A stretch of 50,263 nt of DNA from an uncultured bacterium (GTDB lineage: Bacteria; Muiribacteriota; UBA6191; CAZXTJ01). The DNA lies in assembly GCA_964643655.1 (NCBI GenBank), contig CAZXTJ010000001.1, forward strand, positions 1 to 50,263. The letters are read 5' to 3'. The notes under the pieces were generated by a model. That model did not search any database. It worked only from the letters and a program-made list of their open reading frames with translations, and was not told the DNA's origin. Below are positions 1 through 8,934 of the stretch, in pieces (position 1 is the first letter of the stretch; each line of letters begins with the position of its first letter). Position numbers and translations under genes: made by a program.

Positions 1-60
1 CTCATATACTGTGCAGTTTCATGGCATTTTTTAAAACTTTGTGCAAAAAGACTTGGGGGC

Positions 61-2160
61 TCATTTCAGCCTTTTGCTCAGTAATGCAGCCAATTGAATG
101 TAACCATTGAACTTGGCGTGGTCAACGGCTGTTCGGCCTTTGTTGTCTTGAAGGTTGACGTTTGCTCCATGTTTGAGCAGAAGTCCAACAGTTTCGGCAT
201 GGCCAACGCGAGCGGCCAACATGAGAGGCGTCTGTTGATCCTGGTCTCTACAGTCAACAGGCGCCTTTTTCTTTAACAGCATTTTGATAACTTGTTTACG
301 ACCTCCACGACTTGCTGTGTGAAGAGGTGTAGCTTTTCTATGGTCTCGAGCATTAACCTTTGCTCCTTTGAGCAGCAGCAATTTGACGATGTTGTAATGA
401 CCGTGCCAACTGGCCATATGTAAAGGCGTTTGACCGCGTCCATCGGTGGTATTTATGTTTGCTCCTTTGTTGATGAGAACACGAGCAGCTGTCAGGCTAC
501 CTCGCAAAGCAGCTATGAACAATGGACTCTGGCCAAGATTGTCTCTTATGTTGACCTTACTTCCGCTCTTGAGAAGATTCATTATTTTGTCTGCCCTACC
601 TTGCCAGGCGGCAGTACACAACTGTGGCCAAGATTGGGTTGTTGATATTTTCTCATCGAGGTCCATGTCATGTGTAACGGCTAGGGCAATCAAATTGAAG
701 TGAAGATAACGTTCAGCAACGGCCATTGGGCTCTCGCCGCGCAAGTTTTTGTGAGTCAGATTTGCGCCACCTTTTAACAGTGCCTGAAAAATGCGAGTTG
801 AGCCAGCTCTGGCAGCCAAATGTAATGGAGTATTGCCAGAGCCATCGGAAACATTGATAGCTTCTCCATCTCGAATCAAATTGACGACCACTTGTTCGTT
901 GTTTGCTTCGATTGCTCTAAAGAGACCACTTTTACCCGATTTCACGGGTCGACTCTTCGATGGTTTTTTGGTCGGTCGAACTGTGATGGTCGTTGGTCGC
1001 CTGACTATCAGTGTAGGTGATGGTGGAGGGGCAGTTGTTGGTTTGGCTGCAACTGTAATGGGAGCAGGTTTTCTACTCCAAGTGGCGTAGAATATTGGAG
1101 CAGCAACGGCAACAATCAGAATTAAGATGGCCACTTGGGAGATCCAGAGAGCTTCAGGTTCTTCTTCTTCCTCTAGCATAGGATGAGGCGGTGCAGGAGC
1201 GGGCAGAGAAGGTTCGGAAGGCACTCTCGGAGCAGGTCTTTTCTGGGGAACTGCAGCCAGATGATGATCGGAACTTTCCTTTTTTTCTTTTGGCGGAGGA
1301 GGTCCTGCAGCAATGAGTGCCTCGAAATCTCGTCCTTTTTCTTGTTTGTCGAGCCACCCCTGAAGAGCGTCTCGGAGCTCTTTTCCTGACTGATAACGCT
1401 TCTCTGGTTCCAATTCGACTGCCTTGAGAATTATGTTGTCCAAGGTCGATGGAATCTCTTGGTTTATCCGAGAAGGCGCTTTTACTTGCAGATCCATTGA
1501 GATGTCGCCCAAGGCATAAAGTGTCAGTGCATCGGCACGAACGGGTAACTCACCAGTCAAGGCTTCGTAAAAAACAACTCCAGCTGCGAATACATCACTG
1601 CTTGGTGATGAATTGTCTCCACGGAGCTGTTCTGGAGGAACGTAACCCTCTGTACCAACGAGATAACCTGAACGAGTAGTGAGTGCTTTGCCAAAGGGGC
1701 CAACAAACATCCCAAGGCCGAAATCCATGATTTTTATACGGCCTTCGGGATTTACGACCAACATGTTCGGTTTGAGATCTCGATGTAATAGACCATTTTC
1801 GTGAGCTGCAGCCAGTCCATCGGCAACTTGGTACAAGAGAGAGACTGTCTCTGTGGGGGTGATTTGATAACGTTGGACAAACTGGACGATGGGAATGCCC
1901 TCAATGAACTCCATGGCCACGTAACCGAGTTGCTCTCCTTGAGCATAATCGTATACTTGACCCACATTGGAGTGCTGCAGTTGTGAAATGAGGCCAATTT
2001 CTTTCTTCAAACGCTGTATGCGCGCCTGACTGCCTACAATTGCTCGTCGAAACACCTTGAGAAGGATGTCTCTGCCGAATTTCGTGTCACGAGCACGATA
2101 TGTTTCGATTGTCCGAGATTTGCTGATAAATCGCAAATCATTGTAACGAGCAGTGTTCAT
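61..2160 (-). CDS. Membrane Hanks-type Ser/Thr protein kinase with C-terminal ankyrin-repeat domain
   Basis: 699-aa ORF. Kinase motifs are HRDLKPNM, MDFG and GTEGYVPPE. One TM segment (ILILIVAVAAPIFYATW). At least 7 ankyrin repeats follow it (GNTPLHLAARAG, GQSPLFIAALRG, GQTPLHMASWHGH, ATPLHTASRGG, QTPLMLAARVGH). The Gly-rich loop position reads ISKSRTIETY and has no glycine. Confidence 0.9.
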   Translation of the reverse strand: MNTARYNDLRFISKSRTIETYRARDTKFGRDILLKVFRRAIVGSQARIQRLKKEIGLISQLQHSNVGQVYDYAQGEQLGYVAMEFIEGIPIVQFVQRYQITPTETVSLLYQVADGLAAAHENGLLHRDLKPNMLVVNPEGRIKIMDFGLGMFVGPFGKALTTRSGYLVGTEGYVPPEQLRGDNSSPSSDVFAAGVVFYEALTGELPVRADALTLYALGDISMDLQVKAPSRINQEIPSTLDNIILKAVELEPEKRYQSGKELRDALQGWLDKQEKGRDFEALIAAGPPPPKEKKESSDHHLAAVPQKRPAPRVPSEPSLPAPAPPHPMLEEEEEPEALWISQVAILILIVAVAAPIFYATWSRKPAPITVAAKPTTAPPPSPTLIVRRPTTITVRPTKKPSKSRPVKSGKSGLFRAIEANNEQVVVNLIRDGEAINVSDGSGNTPLHLAARAGSTRIFQALLKGGANLTHKNLRGESPMAVAERYLHFNLIALAVTHDMDLDEKISTTQSWPQLCTAAWQGRADKIMNLLKSGSKVNIRDNLGQSPLFIAALRGSLTAARVLINKGANINTTDGRGQTPLHMASWHGHYNIVKLLLLKGAKVNARDHRKATPLHTASRGGRKQVIKMLLKKKAPVDCRDQDQQTPLMLAARVGHAETVGLLLKHGANVNLQDNKGRTAVDHAKFNGYIQLAALLSKRLK

Positions 2161-2336
2161 AAAGCCACTATAGCAAATAGTATATGCGCTAAAACATGAC
2201 AGCCTTATGTTCCGTCACGTTACATAGTTGTACAGATTGTCGTAAACAAGACCTGTTATTAGTCGCTTTTAGCGTGGCGCGTTTCTTGTATAGTGATTAC
2301 GCGCACGTCATTGTCGTTTAGCGAGAGGACTCTCAT

Positions 2337-4601
2337 ATGTCCGCGTCGAAGTCTTTTTTCTCTTCAATACTTCTGTTGTTGTTGATTCTTCAGTTATGTC
2401 CCTCTCTCAAGGCCGTAGATACGAACGAGGTGAAGGTATACGTAGAGGCAGTTGATTCCATTGATTTTCCCACGGTGACTGCTTTTTTCCGTGTCCTCGA
2501 TCTCAATCCCGACAAACCCTACGTGAAAGTAGAAGAAGGACAGGTCAAGATTAGTGGCACAGAGGGTAATGTCTCTGTCGTTTCAGATAGTTTCGATGTA
2601 AAAACACGGCCAATTTCAATCCAATTCATGGCTGACGCAAGCGGCAGTATGACGAGGACATTCCCAGCCATTGCCAAAGCTCTGCAGGATTTTGGTGAGA
2701 AGATGAGTTCTTATCAAGATGATGCTGATGAAGTCTCCATCGCTCTTTTTGCTGACGCACCTGGTGGAATGATGATTGGGGCAGCACCAATGCTTTGCCT
2801 CGATTGGACGACCAATAGTGGTCAGCTCCAATCAATGTCTGGAACGCTCTTTGGGACGGGAAAACCGCCACAAGCCAATTGGTGTAGCGCTATTTGGAAT
2901 GCCTTCAACTGGGGAGTGGAACGTTGTGCGGCACGCGGAGCGGTCAATCATCTGCCAAGAATGGTTCTAGCCATTACTGATGGTAAAGACGATCCCAAAG
3001 CCATGGGGAATATTGGTATTACCTCTCAAATACTGAAGTCATCTGGAATTCCTTGTTTTGTCATTGGCGCAGGTGATGGTGATCCCAATGCCGATCCCAA
3101 CTATCAAGGCATGGTGATTAATAAAGAAGGGCTCGAACAGATAGCAACTTCCAGTGAAGGTGCCCTAATGACTGTCACTGGTGTTCAAGATGGTAGCAGT
3201 TTCACTACGGTCGATGCCGAAGGTAGCAAGAGAATCAAAGGTTATATGGACAAGATTATCGAGTCCTATAAGAACATTTACCGCATTAGTTTCAAAGCAA
3301 AAGACATGAGCATCAATACTGGTGAGCTACGTGAAATTACCATCTCTGCCAATGGCGGTGAGGGTAAAGGTTTTTATCTACCACCCGTAGTCGTAGATGA
3401 AGACGCCAATGCCTGTGTGAAATATCCCGTTCCCGAACCAATGCGAGAGACCCTCGTGAAGAAGGTCGTTTGGACGACCTCTTATCACAAAGGTTTTGAA
3501 GATACTAATTTTGACACACCTCGGCCTGAAGTAACACCGCTCATTGATCAGCCGAAAGTTCGTGAAAATATTGAGGTGTTGAGTCCAGAAGAGCTCACTC
3601 TGAAGGGACGATATCGCATTCCCACTCAGCCCGAATTCCTTCAGCAAGATGACCTTCGGTGGGAAGATTTGGCAGAACCCCATTTTCGTTATGGTGTGAA
3701 AATCTCGCCATTCAAAATCTCTCACAAAGAGTTGTTACAGGGAAAACTCATTGGCGCTTTCCCTGTGTATGTTCGTGACACAACTCCACCCAACATCTTT
3801 ATTAGTCTTCGCAGCCGCGATGTGGCAGAAGGTAACGAAGTGAAAATCATCGAAGATCCCAATCTTGCCTCTGGTGATGGCCACTTTGATGTTGAAACAG
3901 CACAAGACGAACGAAAAGTTTACATCACTGCCAAGGGGCGAAATTTCACGAGCAACTTCGACACTTTCAATGTGGATGGTATGTTGGTGCCCTTTAAGTT
4001 TGCTCCCGAGACTCCTGGTGAATTCGGTGGTAGCGACGCCTTTTTTGTCTTCGAAGATGTGCGATTGCGCTTGTTGAATTGTGCGGCTCAAGACAACATT
4101 AGTTTTGCTTCGCCAACAGGTCGCGATGACTCCAAATACATTAGTCATCAGGATATCGTGAAGTGGTACGACTACATCAAAGCCCCAGTCAATCCAGCTC
4201 TCGGTCACGCAGAATCTCAGGCAATCAAGTTTCCCATTAGCCACCGTGACGTTTATGACATCAAAGCAAATAAATCCACATTCCTTCCTCGACTGAGCCG
4301 TCAGGAACTGGAAGAGAAATCAATAGAGGATGGTGGAAAAGCTGGGATTTGCTGGTTCCTCGAACGTGGACTGCCAGCTGAGTTAGTGGAAAACAGCGAA
4401 CATTTTACAGAGTGGATTGAGCGTGGCGAAAATGTTCGCGATGAACCTGGTTATCCTTATCTACCTGGTAGAGAGCTCTATTTTAGAGTCATTGCCCGTG
4501 ACATGGCTGGAAACGAAACAGATATACGTATTCCAATCAAAGTGTTGAAGACTGGATGGCGCTCACGGACTCTTGCTTACCAAAATAGACGTAAGCAGTG
4601 A
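2337..4601 (+). CDS. Secreted von Willebrand factor A (vWA) domain protein with a large C-terminal region of unknown function
   Basis: 754-aa ORF starting at ATG. Signal peptide SILLLLLILQLCPSLKA. MIDAS-like DASGSM (DxSxS) and a downstream ITDGKDD. The remaining ~450 aa match nothing I recognise. Confidence 0.75.
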   Translation: MSASKSFFSSILLLLLILQLCPSLKAVDTNEVKVYVEAVDSIDFPTVTAFFRVLDLNPDKPYVKVEEGQVKISGTEGNVSVVSDSFDVKTRPISIQFMADASGSMTRTFPAIAKALQDFGEKMSSYQDDADEVSIALFADAPGGMMIGAAPMLCLDWTTNSGQLQSMSGTLFGTGKPPQANWCSAIWNAFNWGVERCAARGAVNHLPRMVLAITDGKDDPKAMGNIGITSQILKSSGIPCFVIGAGDGDPNADPNYQGMVINKEGLEQIATSSEGALMTVTGVQDGSSFTTVDAEGSKRIKGYMDKIIESYKNIYRISFKAKDMSINTGELREITISANGGEGKGFYLPPVVVDEDANACVKYPVPEPMRETLVKKVVWTTSYHKGFEDTNFDTPRPEVTPLIDQPKVRENIEVLSPEELTLKGRYRIPTQPEFLQQDDLRWEDLAEPHFRYGVKISPFKISHKELLQGKLIGAFPVYVRDTTPPNIFISLRSRDVAEGNEVKIIEDPNLASGDGHFDVETAQDERKVYITAKGRNFTSNFDTFNVDGMLVPFKFAPETPGEFGGSDAFFVFEDVRLRLLNCAAQDNISFASPTGRDDSKYISHQDIVKWYDYIKAPVNPALGHAESQAIKFPISHRDVYDIKANKSTFLPRLSRQELEEKSIEDGGKAGICWFLERGLPAELVENSEHFTEWIERGENVRDEPGYPYLPGRELYFRVIARDMAGNETDIRIPIKVLKTGWRSRTLAYQNRRKQ

Positions 4602-4636
4602 CATAATCTGCTAAGATCGGCTCGAAGGGAGCCGAA

Positions 4637-6979
4637 TTGGCAGAGGAAGTGCAAAATCCGCTACCCAAAAGTGCCCAAGAGCGATATACGTCGCTCGAGC
4701 TCCTAGGTTGTGGTGGAAAAGGACAGGTATATATTGCTGAGGATAAAAAACTCGGTCGTACTGTTGCACTGAAAGTCATCAATCCTGAGCTAGCCCAAGA
4801 TAGAAGAGAACGTCACCGTTTCAAGCGGGAAATCCTTGCCATAGCCAATCTCAAACATCCCAACATCGTTCAGCTCTATGACTTCTCTGATAGTGATGGA
4901 GTGATGTTCTACACAATGGAGCTCCTCGAAGGGCGTCCATTCCAAGATGTCATCCAAACAGACGATTTGACGGTCATGGAAGCCGTCGAAATGGTTCGGC
5001 AAGTGGCCATGGGCGTTGCTGCTATCCACAAGACAGGAGTTTTTCATCGTGATTTGAAGCCTGGCAATGTTGTTGTCACAAACGATGGTGGTATCAAAGT
5101 CATAGATTTTGGTGCTGTCAAAGATGCTGTAGACGGCAACATAACGGCAATTACAATGAGAGGCCATGTCGTTGGCACGGTGTTATACCAACCGCCAGAG
5201 GCCTTTTCATCTAGTGAATATTCGGCAGCAAGTGACGTTTACCAGCTGGGGCTCATCTTGTATGAAGCTTTGACTGGTTGCCATCCTCTCGAGAATTTTC
5301 TTATCAGTGACATAATCAGTGGGGAAGCTCATTCCTCAATTTCACCGCCTTCTTCCATGTGTGCTGGCTTGGATCCAGCTTTGGAGCAGCTGGTCATGCG
5401 TTGTCTTGCTGCCCGCCAAGAAGAGCGTCCCAAAGATGGTCAGGAATTTTTGGATGATTTATCACACTGGCGAGACAGTCGCTACGTGCAAGAAGAGGAA
5501 GACGAGGTCTCCTTCGAGACCACCTTTGATGAAAGCCAACGAGCAGCTTTATTAGGGCGGCGACGCAAGAGAGGGATGAAAAACAAGCTTTTGGCTGCAT
5601 CTTTGTTTCTGGCCATAGTCCTCTCTGGTTTAGGGGCATATCATCTCATCCGTACCTTACGGCACCAACACTTCGCAGGCACGACTAGTGCTGTTCAGCC
5701 CACTTCGCCAGTCCAGAAGAACGTGCCAGATAGAGCCAAGATTAAAGAACTCAGCACTTATTTTAAAAGCGGTGATCGTGAGGCTTTGAAGAAGACGCTG
5801 TCTACAATGCCCGACAACGAATGCATCATTGGGCGTATTGCTCTGGCCATACTGAAAAGAGATGCCTCAATGGCACTACTTTGGGGCAAGAGATGGACTG
5901 ACAAGGAAATTGAGCTGTCTTACAGGCAAGACTCTATCAATAAATTATCGCTTTATGCCCTCGCCCAGAAAGCGCCAAGGCGATTGTCTGACGAGGATTT
6001 TGGCAAGACTTTCCTGGCCATTGTCAAACTGTCTGCTCCAGTAGGCAAACGACTAGAGGTGGCAGAAGAGGCACTCTTTGCCTATCTCGCTCCTTTTCAT
6101 TTGCATGATGAACCGAGACGGAAGATCTTTGCCAATCCTCCCAAAGGAGACCTTAGCAAAGGTGTACATGCAGCAAGCAATTATCACAGATTTTTTGCTG
6201 CAGCAGATGCTGTCATCAACCATTTCGTCTTGAACAAAGGAGAACAAGAGAAGGTCTTCCCTTTGTTGAAAAGGCTGCAGAGAATGACTTTTCTTGCCTG
6301 GAATGGTGAGGAATATCAGCGAAGGGTGATAGCTTCCTTCGAACGTTGGCGCCAATCCCAAAATGCCGGAAGGGTCTTGAGGGATGAACTAGGCGTTTTG
6401 CAGATGTTGACCTTACCTTCTCCTTTGGCGAGACCTTTTAGTTTTTCTGGAGAAGAGAAGGATAAGTCCAGTGATGTAATGTTGTCTGCCCTACTCTCTT
6501 TCACAAAAGCTTATCGGGCAAGCAACGACGAAAAATCGGATCACGAGACTGTAGCACGGCGTTTTAGTAGAGCTGTCCGGCTCTTTCGCCGCTACAGTAG
6601 AGAGCAACCTACCGGCAGGTTTGTCCATGAAGCCAATTTATTTCTCGGTCGCTCTTTGGCTCATCTAGCCTGTGCTATCGATGAAAAAACTTACATTCGA
6701 ATGAGAAGGGCCCACATTCGCCAACCAATGGTTATAGACAGTGGCCCCATTCTGAATACAGCCCTTGCAGTTTTTGCCAAACTTGCAAAGGAATGTTGTG
6801 ATGAGAACATTTCCCGACTGGCAATGTTTTATGGCGCTTATTGGCAGTTACGGACAAAAGAAAAAGCCACATTGGGATACCGCGATTTTCAGGCCCTATC
6901 TGACTTAGAGCGGGAAAGGCCGCTTTTGAGACGTTATCTGACATTGCCCATTGCAACATTCACGACAACACCTCCTTAA
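4637..6979 (+). CDS. Membrane Hanks-type Ser/Thr protein kinase with a helical extracytoplasmic C-terminal domain
   Basis: 780-aa ORF with a TTG start 5 nt after GAAGGGAG. Motifs: GCGGKGQVY Gly-loop, VALKVI, HRDLKPGN, IDFG, PPE. One TM (LLAASLFLAIVLSGLGAYHLI). About 440 aa of unassigned alpha-helical-looking sequence follow. A 6-bp hairpin (CGGCTC-GAAGG-GAGCCG, 4618-4634) overlaps the SD. Confidence 0.9.
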   Translation: MAEEVQNPLPKSAQERYTSLELLGCGGKGQVYIAEDKKLGRTVALKVINPELAQDRRERHRFKREILAIANLKHPNIVQLYDFSDSDGVMFYTMELLEGRPFQDVIQTDDLTVMEAVEMVRQVAMGVAAIHKTGVFHRDLKPGNVVVTNDGGIKVIDFGAVKDAVDGNITAITMRGHVVGTVLYQPPEAFSSSEYSAASDVYQLGLILYEALTGCHPLENFLISDIISGEAHSSISPPSSMCAGLDPALEQLVMRCLAARQEERPKDGQEFLDDLSHWRDSRYVQEEEDEVSFETTFDESQRAALLGRRRKRGMKNKLLAASLFLAIVLSGLGAYHLIRTLRHQHFAGTTSAVQPTSPVQKNVPDRAKIKELSTYFKSGDREALKKTLSTMPDNECIIGRIALAILKRDASMALLWGKRWTDKEIELSYRQDSINKLSLYALAQKAPRRLSDEDFGKTFLAIVKLSAPVGKRLEVAEEALFAYLAPFHLHDEPRRKIFANPPKGDLSKGVHAASNYHRFFAAADAVINHFVLNKGEQEKVFPLLKRLQRMTFLAWNGEEYQRRVIASFERWRQSQNAGRVLRDELGVLQMLTLPSPLARPFSFSGEEKDKSSDVMLSALLSFTKAYRASNDEKSDHETVARRFSRAVRLFRRYSREQPTGRFVHEANLFLGRSLAHLACAIDEKTYIRMRRAHIRQPMVIDSGPILNTALAVFAKLAKECCDENISRLAMFYGAYWQLRTKEKATLGYRDFQALSDLERERPLLRRYLTLPIATFTTTPP

Positions 6980-7055
6980 GCACTTGGCTCGATTCCTCCT
7001 TTCCGTGGTACAATGGCCTCCCATTGGTTTCTAATCAGGAAGAGCGTTTCAAGCA

Positions 7056-8927
7056 ATGTGGTTAGTCGTACAAGGCACAACCGAATATGGTGCTTTTTCA
7101 GTTGGGTACCCTTTAAACGAAGGTGAATTTTTTGTTGGCCGTGACAAAAGCTGTAATCTGGTGTTGGAAGGCCGATCCATTTCACGCAAACATGTTTGTT
7201 TCACGAGACAGGGTGATGAAGTCAGCTTCAAAGACTTGGGATCCGTCTCTGGAACTTTTATCAATGGTCGAGCAGAAGACGATGGTCTTCTCAAGGCCGG
7301 AGACAAAGTTCGCATAGGTCACACCATAATGCGCGTTGAAGACGAATTCCCGGGCTCTGCTCCTGCTGAAGACAACTCAATGTCCATTGGTGTACCCGCT
7401 CAGGCGGTCGGTGGTCCTGTTGTTGACTGGACTCCCTTTCGTGAGTTCTTCAAAAAGTTGCGTGACACCACTGATCCAAGAGCCATTCTCGAGCGATTGT
7501 TATTGGGATTGGTACAAATCCTCAAGTTGAACAGAGGTTTTGTCCTCCTGCGCAAACGAGCTGGTAGTGGTGAGTTACATCCCGTTGCTTCTTATCGTTT
7601 GGAAGACGAAGAAAACTTCATCGCTATTAGTAGTACTGTTTACAAACAGGTCATCGAGACTGAAGCGACAACATACATTCCCGACTCGAGCCAAGATACA
7701 ATTCGAGCACAAGCGCCAAGCCTCGATTTCGAATATGTCCCGCGCACAATCATCTGCGGTCCCTTGAAATCACGTAGCGAAGTCTTTGGTGTCATTTACA
7801 TTGATGGACCAGCCAACGAAACCATCATGAGTGCGGCTCATATCCCGCTCTTTGAAATGCTCACTGAAGTTGCTTCCGAACTGCTCGGTGCTGCTGAGAA
7901 CAGAAGGCAATTGTTGGCTGCCAAGGGACGATTGGTTGCTTATCGTTCTCTCCAAGAAGAAGAAAAATTGGTCTTGGGTGACGGTGCTTTTGGCCAAGAG
8001 CTGAAAAAGCTTCTTGCAGCTGCTGCACCGCAAGACGTAACAGTTTTGCTCACTGGTGAAACAGGCACAGGAAAAGAGATGGCTGCCAGAGCCATACACG
8101 AACAATCCAATAGAGCCGATGAACCCTTCGTTCCTGTGAACTGCGCAGCTTTGCCTCGGGAAATAATCGAAGCTGAGCTTTTTGGTGCTGAAAAAGGTGC
8201 CTATACAGGTGCTGACGAGCGAAGAATCGGCCGTTTTGAATTGGCCTCCTCTGGCACTTTGTTCCTCGACGAGATTGGTGAATTGCCATTAGACTTTCAA
8301 GTGAAGCTCTTGCGAGTTCTGCAAGAGAGAAAAGTCACACGACTAGGTGGTACCAAAGCCATTCCACTCAAATTCAGGCTCGTCTGTGCTACAAATCGTG
8401 ATCTCGAGGCAGCTGTTCGCGATGGTACTTTCCGCCAAGATATTTATTACCGAATCAACGTTTTCAGGATTCACTTGAAACCTCTGCGAGAACGAGTTGA
8501 AGATATTCCACCTTTGGCAAAACACTTTGTGCAAAGTTTCTGTCGTCGTTTTGGCCGTAAGATTGATGGCTTCACATCAGAAGCCGAGCGTCTTCTCCTT
8601 TCTTATGCCTGGCCTGGGAATATTAGGGAACTGAAAAACGCCATTGAACGTGCTGTCGTCGTCGAGTCAGAAGAAAACATTACGGAAGGCAGCCTACCCA
8701 TCTTCACTCCACATGCAGAAGTCACTGCTGAAGATGCAGAAGATGCTTTTTTCGAGAACTTGCCTCAAACATACGATGAGGCAAGAGCTCTCTTTGAGCG
8801 TTCATTCTTGCGGCGAAGTTTTGTTCTGAACAAAGGAAACATTGCTGCGATGGCACGTGATACTGGAATCCCACGAAATACTGTTTATCGCCGTCTGGAG
8901 AAATACGGTCTCCTCGAAAAGAAGTGA
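7056..8927 (+). CDS. Sigma-54-dependent transcriptional activator with FHA-GAF-AAA+-HTH architecture
   Basis: 623 aa. FHA motifs at the N-terminus (VGRDKSCNLVL, SRKH, GSVSGTFING). GAF-like segment (NRGFVLLR...VIYIDGP). AAA+ Walker A GETGTGKE, GAYTGA variant of the GAFTGA loop, Walker B LFLDEIGEL, WPGNIRELKN. C-terminal Fis-type HTH (AAMARDTGIPRNTVYRRLEKYGL). Confidence 0.9.
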   Translation: MWLVVQGTTEYGAFSVGYPLNEGEFFVGRDKSCNLVLEGRSISRKHVCFTRQGDEVSFKDLGSVSGTFINGRAEDDGLLKAGDKVRIGHTIMRVEDEFPGSAPAEDNSMSIGVPAQAVGGPVVDWTPFREFFKKLRDTTDPRAILERLLLGLVQILKLNRGFVLLRKRAGSGELHPVASYRLEDEENFIAISSTVYKQVIETEATTYIPDSSQDTIRAQAPSLDFEYVPRTIICGPLKSRSEVFGVIYIDGPANETIMSAAHIPLFEMLTEVASELLGAAENRRQLLAAKGRLVAYRSLQEEEKLVLGDGAFGQELKKLLAAAAPQDVTVLLTGETGTGKEMAARAIHEQSNRADEPFVPVNCAALPREIIEAELFGAEKGAYTGADERRIGRFELASSGTLFLDEIGELPLDFQVKLLRVLQERKVTRLGGTKAIPLKFRLVCATNRDLEAAVRDGTFRQDIYYRINVFRIHLKPLRERVEDIPPLAKHFVQSFCRRFGRKIDGFTSEAERLLLSYAWPGNIRELKNAIERAVVVESEENITEGSLPIFTPHAEVTAEDAEDAFFENLPQTYDEARALFERSFLRRSFVLNKGNIAAMARDTGIPRNTVYRRLEKYGLLEKK

Positions 8928-8934
8928 GTGATTC

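Noticed and set aside
2275-2290. Relaxed sigma-54-like sites ahead of + strand operons:
- 2275-2290 TGGCGCGTTTCTTGTA
- 12468-12483 TGGTATGGATATTGTT
- 17224-17239 TGGCATAAACCTTTCA
- 25009-25024 TGGCCCAATATTTGAT
- 38338-38353 TGGCGTGACTCTTGAT
   Set aside because: The GG spacing is correct, but the nearly invariant -12 GC is replaced by GT, TC or GA. At this stringency, chance matches are expected in about 2 kb of intergenic DNA. They are well positioned and worth a PWM scan, but the sequence alone does not support them.
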